DNA of 64,000 nt from the human T2T-CHM13v2.0 reference genome, Homo sapiens. The notes beneath the pieces were generated by a model that was not told the DNA's origin, ran no database searches, and saw only the letters and a list, made by a program, of their open reading frames with translations. The stretch is from the NCBI RefSeq assembly GCF_009914755.1, contig NC_060937.1; one strand, written 5' to 3'. The translations under genes and the position numbers were made by a program. Positions 46,050 to 64,000 of the stretch are shown piece after piece; position 1 is the first letter of the stretch; every line of letters starts with the position of its first letter.

Positions 46050-47291
46050 CTACCATCGAAGGTTGTGCGGTGTGAAATGTAAATCTAAGGTAAGGCTGTT
46101 AGAGAAAGTTTCTCTGAGAAAGTAACATTTGAGCCTAGTCTTAAAGAATGAGGGGTCCAGATTTGAGGAAAGGAGATAAACGTTACAAGGAAGGGAAACA
46201 ACATATGGGAAAAACCCAGAAGCACGCAGATGCAGAAATGGGAAGCATGCGTGAGGGGGAGTGTTGGAAGATGAGGCTAAAGGGAGAAGGCAGACCTGAG
46301 TGGATGCCTACAAAGGCGTTTGGAATTTAATGTGTAGCCCAAACGGGGAAGTCATTAGAATATTTTAGACAGAGGAAGGACATGTGCTCTTTCTGTTCTC
46401 TGTCCATGTCTTCCCTTTAGAGATTTTCCCTTCAGAGACCTTGTTTTTCCCTATCGTCACTACTACTTTCTCTGCTAATGTTTTATACCTACTTCCCTGC
46501 CAAGCTAATTTATTTGATTAGAGTAAAATGGTCTTAGGTTGCAGTTTAGAACATCCTAAAAATCAGGAAGTTTGTGTCCCCTACCCCCTGATCACAGTAC
46601 ATTGTGACCCTGATTGCATTTTGTTGCTTGAGAAATTGACTGACTATGGTCATCTCATTCCATTCTTATTGTTACAAGGAAAAAAGAATGACACCTTCGT
46701 TTATAAAAAGAATTCCATATGTTCTACTAGATTGCCAAAATGAGGGTGGACATGAAAACAACTGAATTTGTACACTTCAGACTTTATTAATATTTTTTGT
46801 TTAACCCTTTTTAGGATTTTCATTTTCTGGGCCTAGATTATAAATGGGCACACTAGACTTGAAGTCAGGAGAGCTTCTTTTCTATGGAGCTACTAAAATG
46901 CTCCTGGCAATTGTTCTTTTCATTTTTGACCCATTGCAGTGCATCCACAATTGTATGGTTGTTTGTGCAACATCGTCTTAGCCAGTCTCATAATAAACCA
47001 TTCTTTGGAATTTTACAAAGATGTCATTCTTGGCACCTAAACAGAGAATCATTTGTGCCTAACCAATCATTTTCCATTTATGAATCCTGTTCAATTAGAA
47101 AGTAGTTTATGAACAGTGTCCTGTTTTTTAAATGTAATTTGAAATAGCAGGTGGCAGACTTGCATTTTATATTACCTAGATATCTCAAGCCTTTATGCTT
47201 ACTCATTCACACGGGTCTGCTAGTGAAGCCAACTGTATAAGGTGTGGGAGGTAGGCAAGCCTCGGGGGAACCCAGGGCTCATTTGGTTCAT

Positions 47292-47310
47292 TGCTGCCAT
47301 CTGCTGGGGC
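47292..47310 (-). promoter_or_regulatory. Candidate CTCF site
   Basis: Minus strand reads GCCCCAGCAGATGGCAGCA, matching the CTCF core CCASYAGRKGGCRS. Confidence 0.5.
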
Positions 47311-47599
47311 TTGGCTGCTGGCATGGGAAGGCTGCCCACGAGAGAGCTGAGCCATCCTGAAGGAACCTCTGTATACTTCCAGTACTAATCAGCTATTATG
47401 TTTCTAGGTGACAACCTACCCCTAACTAAAAGGACTTTATGAACTCTAGAGCATTATATCAGTCAGTGTAAAGTGGCATTAGATTATGTTGGTAACACGT
47501 ACTCTACAGCAAACATGAGGCTCAGAGAACGAAGCAACACACTAAGGACTCAAAGATCCTAGAGTATCAGAACTGGAAGAACCTTAAGCCAGATGTGGT

Positions 47600-47770
47600 G
47601 GAACTTTAGTATATAGTTACATGAGTCGCCTAGGCACTTGTTAAAATGCAGATTCCTGGGCCTAGCCCAAGAGACTTTGATTCAGTAGGCCCAAGCTGTG
47701 TCTCATTTAACAAGCTCCCCACAGGGTTCTGATGCAGGTGGTCTAGCACCATGCTAGAGAAAAGCACTAC
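47600..47770. mobile_element. MER5A-like MITE
   Basis: cttgttaaaatgcagattcctgggcc...tttaacaagctccc...ttctgatgcaggtggtc. Confidence 0.75.
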
Positions 47771-47968
47771 CTTAAATATACAGACAAGAGCTTCTCAGCC
47801 ATTTTTCTTATTAATGCCTCACTTCAATCAATAAGAAAAATTACATCTTCCATCAATGGGATGAGTCATCATCATACCGTAACTAGTTCTTTGAAGCACA
47901 CGCACACAAATTATTGTTGGATTGCTTTGTTCTGCAACAACAACAAAAGAGTCGCTTTTAAATAATTA

Positions 47969-48915
<947 letters not shown>

Positions 48916-49497
48916 TAGTAGTAAATACAAATAACAACTCTCCTTCTCACATAGGAAAAAATAAGTGGGTGGCCTAAAAACAAATTTGAGAACTCACCTT
49001 AGAACTGAGAATTCTGAATACCTGTCATATGCCTGCTTGATAGAATATTCTCAAAAATGTTGCTCATTTTTTTTATATGCTACTGCTCCTGAAACTACTG
49101 GTTTCAATCTGTGAACTGAGTCCCATGAGGCCACTGAACTCAAGGGCAGATTACCCTTGGTGTACCGTGTCACACTGAGTGAGGACCAGTAATTTTTTCG
49201 TGTATTTCATGTAGTGTTTTTTGTGTTTTTTTTGTTTGTTTGTTTTAGCTTTTAAGTTGTTGGCATTCAGGACTTTCAACTCCTTTAATGCACATGATCA
49301 TATATTTAGTGCAGTTACCATGTCGCACATGTAGAATCAAAAGGCAGTTTATTGAACCTCCTTATAGAGAAATCTTGCTGAGCTTTTAGGATCATAATTT
49401 TTATGGCTTGCATATGTGCTTTGGCATATCATCTTATTTTAAGTTTTGTCCCCTGCATTTATAATCTCATTTGTTAGGGGTTTTGTTTTTGTTTTAG

Positions 49498-49617
49498 GTG
49501 TACCTGAAGGAAATCTTAAAAGAAATTGGTGTTCAGAATGTAAAAGGGATCCACAAAAACACATGGGAGCTGAAGCCAGAGTACAGACACTATCAAGGAG
49601 AAGAAAAGAGTGACTAA
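49498..49617 (+). CDS. GTF2F2: RAP30 last coding exon
   Basis: Acceptor ttttgtttttgttttag. Reads VYLKEILKEIGVQNVKGIHKNTWELKPEYRHYQGEEKSD, then TAA at 49615-49617. Confidence 0.97.
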   Translation: MYLKEILKEIGVQNVKGIHKNTWELKPEYRHYQGEEKSD

Positions 49618-50134
49618 GAAGACTCCTAGCCAGCATGCTAGTGAAACGACTAGCAGCGATGCTATGCAAAAGGCGCTGATACTGGAAGGCTTGAACACCG
49701 TATGTTAATAGGGGTTAAGTGACAGTACTTTGATTTCTCTCGGTAAATTTTTTAAACCTGTAATTCTTGTAAAGTTTCTTAACTGTTTTTTTGAGGAGAA
49801 AGAACAGATTTATTTATAGACTTAACTTGTATTAAACCAGATTATTCACAGTAGGAATAGGGGTTGGAGGATTAAGAGGGTTTTTCTTAAATATTAGCTT
49901 TTAATGTGTACAATTAGGAAATTTTTTTAAGTGAGGACTCTCTACCCTTGCCGTATCTAAGGAGCTGAGGTAATACAGATCCAAGGAGAATTGTATAGCA
50001 AGAAAAAAACAGTCAACTACAGAAACTCTTAAAAGGAATAAAAACCCAAAGTTCCTTATTTTGAAATTGTCAAAGAACAAAGCGGTGTTTTTCTTTTAAA
50101 CAGGTGATCACGTTTCGTGTTCATACTCAACGTT

Positions 50135-50140
50135 AATAAA
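50135..50140 (+). terminator. Proximal poly(A) signal (another AATAAA at 50037-50042)
   Basis: AATAAA followed by GT/T-rich sequence. Confidence 0.55.
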
Positions 50141-50927
50141 AGGAGAGAGTTTGTAGTGAAATGGCAGTGTTCATCATTGGCTTATTTTACCGTAGTGATG
50201 CTGAGATGAGAAATGTGCAGGATCATGGTCAGTTGATGTTTCTTTTATTTGCTTTTAAGATAATTAGAAATTAAATATCTTTCCAAAATTTGAAGATATG
50301 TCTCCCCCAGTCAGATTATAAGCTTCTCAAAACTGGCTTGCCCCCAGAATTTTACTGCTTACCCAGCAGACATGTATTGACCATCACATGGCAAATGATA
50401 TCAGCAAATCAAAAGATGGGCGTAGGGGTCCAGCCGAGACAGAAAACGTTAGTTTCAATTCCTGGGGCATTAAAATGTTGCTTTTCTCTTTCTCTTTAAT
50501 TAATTTTTAAATGAAAACAATACATGTATATGTTAGTTTTTTCTAGCACAACACAATATTATATATTAAGCGATCCAAAATCATACTGTCAAGACCATCA
50601 AACAAAACAAAGAAGCTTAAGTGAACTAAGCACAGGGAAAAGTTGTTTTTTCACTCGTTCATTTTGTCATCTGCTTCTAGATGCTGCAATCAAGAAGTAG
50701 CAAATGCCCAAGTTGCCATAGTGTTTGCAGGAAAAAAAGAGAAAAAATAATAAAAATAAGGAAGGAGCAATGCCAAAAATTGAAGAAAATATTATATAAT
50801 TAAAGCAAGAAGATATCTATCCATTGAGAAAAACAATTTTTATATTATTTGCTTTTAGCAGCAAAGCATTAGAATTCTGAGATTGTTATAGCACTAAGAA
50901 GATTTTTATTCTGTGTACACACTGAAA

Positions 50928-50933
50928 AATAAA
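50928..50933 (+). terminator. Distal poly(A) signal
   Basis: AATAAA with TGTA (CFIm motif) at 50914-50917 and T-rich upstream sequence. Confidence 0.6.
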
Positions 50934-51450
50934 ATTCTGAGTAAAGAAAGTGTTCCCATTCCCCACTCCACCTCAGATTTTCTTATGTACAGGCACCAAA
51001 TGTGGTATGCCCATCACCTTCTAGTTCCTGATGACTGGAAGCTCTGTGTCAGGAAGCCCGTGGATAATGGTCTGATAAATCTATATAGAACTGAGGATTC
51101 TGGATACCTGCCATGTGCTTGGTTCATAGCATGTATCTTCCCCAAAACCTTGTTTTTTTATATATTTGGTACTGCCCTGAAACAGACTGTGTCTCCTCTG
51201 CTGATGTCTTTTGTTTTGGGGACAGTGCCTGCCATATTGAACGAGGTGGCTGTGCCACAAGAGTTCCCAGGGCAGAGCTGTGTCTTATTTGAAGCTGTGC
51301 TTTGGTTTTTTTGTAAACTGGTTTTTTCTGCTTCTTTTAGTTGCCTGTTACCTCAGCACACCTGATTGCATGAGCTTGAGTCTCTTAAACACTTATCTCT
51401 TCAGTAGGATACATAATTTAGGTGCTAGACTGATGCTGTTTCTGATTACG

Positions 51451-53363
<1,913 letters not shown>

Positions 53364-53810
53364 GTGATAGATCTTTAAAAAGGGAACAGATTGCACTCTT
53401 TTATATCATGAGCAGTACTTATGGATTTCAGCACAAGTACAACTGTTTCTAATGGTCTGTGAGCAAATTTCTTTGGAAGCTTATTTTCATCATTGTTGGT
53501 ACATATCAGTGAAATAATAGTAAACACTTATCAGGCCATATGTGCCTAATAGTATGGTAAGTAGTGTAAAATATTATCTCATTTGATCCTCACAGTGCTG
53601 AGTGGTAAGTAATGTCCATTTTATGGAACCATTTCCTGCCTAGCATACCATCGTGAGTACTGGTTCCTCTTGGGAGGAATTCTACCCATGGCCAAAATCA
53701 GAGTCTACTTTCCCAGAATTCTCTCTCCCCACCCCATCTCACCTCCAAACCAAGAAAATGGAGCTGATCCCAGCAAAATTGTGAAGGAATGGGAGTTTGT
53801 CTTTGTTACC

Positions 53811-53930
53811 CCTCCTTGAATCCTGACACCCGAACTCCTCCTAGCCACAGGATGAAGACTAAACTTCCACCCTCCTTAAATCCTGACACCCAAACTCCTC
53901 CTATCCACAGGATGAAGAATAAACTTCCAC
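53811..53930. repeat. 60-bp tandem duplication (2 copies)
   Basis: 53811-53870 vs 53871-53930 match at 56/60 positions. Confidence 0.95.
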
Positions 53931-53979
53931 CTTTAGAGTCAAGATCCTTTCGCTAACAATGTAATCTCTGTGACATTTA

Positions 53980-57066
<3,087 letters not shown>

Positions 57067-59269
57067 TCATATAACTCATTTAATCCTCCCAGCCACCCTG
57101 TAATCTGTGTTCTCTTATTATCTGTGTTCTATCAATGTGAGTCCAGAGGCACTGAAAGGTTAAAGAACCTGCCCTTGGTCATACAGTAGAATATACAGTA
57201 GAACCTGCCCCAGGTCTAGCCAAGGAAAGGAGGCAGATCAAATCCCAGAATGGCACTGTGGAACATAGGCTCCTGGCCACCATGTGTTAGATAATGGGTG
57301 CTCCACTGCTCAGTGCCCACAGCTATCATTCACCTCCCTAGGGTTCAGTGACTCCTCACTAAATGCTGGTGGCAAAGTCTCAAGAGTTACCTTTCCTGAA
57401 CCAAAAATAATTGCTTCAGGATTCTGCCTCAGTTGCTTTGCCTGTAGAGATTGGGTTTCCAGTGTTTATTTCTTTTGTAGAGTTTCTTATTATGGAATGA
57501 TGTTCTGTCTTTGCTGTAGATTCAGATGAGGAGATACTTCCCATTAATGACCACAGATGGCCAGTGTATTTGATTTATTTCCATCCAAGACTCAATGACT
57601 CTCCAATGCCAGGCTCATGAGAAAATTGCCGGCTTGGGTGGTCACAGCTGGGGGTCTTTGCCATGGCCCAGTGAGCACAAAGGAAGTCCGTCAGCTTGAG
57701 ACCCCCAGGTAATGGGGATACAGAGACGAACAAATAAGACAGGTCCTTGCATTTAGGGAGCTGTGGTATTGAAGAAGACTGGGAAGCAAATAAATGGCAG
57801 CATAGTGTCTTAAGTGCAGCAGTAGAAATATATGGGAGAATGTTTTAAGAGCTACCTACATTCAAAGCTTGGGACTTTGAACAAGTTGCCTACCATCAGT
57901 GCCTGTTTACTTGTCTGTGAAACCGAAATGTTAAAGAGTATCTATCTCATAGAATTGTGATGAAAATTAAATGTCAATTTAATGCTCATATATGGAACAC
58001 TGCATGGCACATAAAAAGTACTTTATCAGGGTTGGCTATTATATAAAATATGGGGTAGCACAGAGAATGAAACAACTAGTTAAATTTTTGGAGAATCAGG
58101 AAAGCTTCTTAGGAGTTGGTATATGAATTGTGTTTTAAAGAAGTCTAGGAGTTCATAAAAGTCAAAGAGCAGGAAATACAGAAAGAGCAAATACAAGAGA
58201 ATTCTAATAGCCTTACTTCCCCAGGTGGTTTGAATGAGAACCTGCACACACTTTCAGTGTACCTGCAGATACAGCAGATTGTAAAGGATTGTGACTTGAC
58301 AAGTTAAGTATTTTCTCAGTCTAATAGAGCAACTTGGAATCAGGTAATCTGACCCTGGGCCCAAGTGGAATGGATGAGGTGTTAGGCGGGGCTAACCTCC
58401 ATCAGCTCTGCACACAGGTGCAAACTGATGCCAACAACTCAATGACTCCTTTATTTGCAGCAGGCTTTTTCCTGTTGACTCATCCCTGAACACATTTCTT
58501 TAATATAGTCTAATTAGAGTAGCATTCCAAAACAGCCTGAGAGAATTATGTGTTAGAAGTTTGAGGTCCCAATCACTTACTCTCCATCACTGCAAGCTCT
58601 AATAAAGATAAATAAGGAGGAGGAGCTAAATGAGGTCAAATGATTCACCTTCTTGGTGGAGGCTCAGTAACTCCTAGCTGGACTAAAGAACCTAGCTAAG
58701 AGCTGAGGCCAAAGTGGAGAATCTCCTTATCTTTTTTCAAGCAGAGATAACGGGTCACCAACGGAAGTTGGCCTGACTTACCACTTGCAGGTGAAAAATC
58801 TGGAGTAGTTGGTCTCCCAGAGGTGTCACAGCCTAGTGTGCACACCCTGTGGGAGTGGACATAGGGGTTCAAGAACACAGCAAATACAGAATGGGAAATG
58901 GATGAACCTAACCACATCAAAATTCCCTCATACATTGTTAAGGAATGTTTGTTAACTTAGTGGACATAGAAAAGATGGACTTTTGAAAAGGCACAAATGA
59001 TTGAATGGTAGCAGGCTACCAAATGAACTCTTATCCAAGTGCCTTCAAGCCTGCCTACTCCCCCAGATTCCCCTCTGGACTACCAATTACCTCCACCCCT
59101 ATCCCAAAGACACAGCTGAGACATTTGTGAGCACTCGCTCAGCCATATGTTCAGACATTTGTCAGATGTTGACCTCCAAGAGACACAACTGGCATGAAAC
59201 TGCCAATTAGCACTTCAGAAATAATGTTCTCTCACCAGTGATGCTAAAAGGGAAACTTCATATAAAGGA

Positions 59270-61915
<2,646 letters not shown>

Positions 61916-61919
61916 TCTA

Positions 61920-63515
<1,596 letters not shown>

Positions 63516-64000
63516 GCAGAGAAAACCAAGGTAAGTTCTTGACCATGCCATGGCCCAAATGAAAAAAATTAAGGCTAGAATTCAAGTCCGCTTGAGCCAA
63601 AGCTTTTGCTAAATTACTAGCCCCACAATGTCTCCTTTCTTCTTTCTGATGGAGTCATGGATCTGAAAGGAGGGTGGGTGCCCGCTTCCCTCCCCATGCT
63701 GCACTGTTGGCATGGCTCAGCCACCTCGGCCCAGGGCCTTACGCATGGAAAACAGCAGCGCCAACATCTGCTAGAGGCTTTTCTGTTCAAGCACAGCTTA
63801 TGGAGGTAGTGAATCCTTATTACTCACCAACCTTCCTATCCACTTCAAAAATAAAACTCTTAATCACCTTGAGACAGCATCAGCAAGTGAAACCTTAACA
63901 ACGTGAAGCACTCAGCTTTGAGATCACATTCTGTTACCCACCTACACAAAGATTCATCCCAAGCTCCATAAACCTTAGCCTGCAAGCTAAATAAATTGAA

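Larger units (their letters stand above)
49618..50950 (+). other. GTF2F2: GTF2F2 3' UTR (end approximate)
   Basis: Repeat-free AT-rich sequence after the stop codon with several AATAAA hexamers. The end is placed about 17 nt after the distal one. Confidence 0.7.

Noticed and set aside
50913-51365. 150-aa non-Alu ORF after GTF2F2
   Set aside because: It starts at GTG, straddles the distal poly(A) signal, and has no recognisable homology or splice context.
53811-53930. Possible CRISPR-like or repeat-spacer array
   Set aside because: There are only two adjacent units with no spacers, in primate DNA.

Overview
Primate (human-like) genomic DNA carrying the 3' end of GTF2F2 (TFIIF beta/RAP30) on the + strand. 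Three coding exons are visible (18928-19027, 33289-33432, 49498-49617), followed by a 3' UTR with several poly(A) signals and about 13 kb of downstream intergenic sequence. The rest is very repeat-rich: about 60 Alus, L1 fragments, nested Tigger/hAT MITEs, MaLR and ERV1 LTRs. A processed COX6C pseudogene sits in one intron. Almost all ORFs in the supplied track are Alu/L1 artefacts, and the real exons are not in it. I found no evidence for a novel multi-gene system. The most notable signals are (i) a COX6C retrocopy that looks like the pre-anthropoid protein and abuts an LTR end, and (ii) several locally templated insertion or repair scars: a 55-bp copy 2.5 kb away, a 94-bp Alu-to-Alu copy, and duplicated junctions at Alu-associated deletions. 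Repeat family names and boundaries are by eye and approximate.
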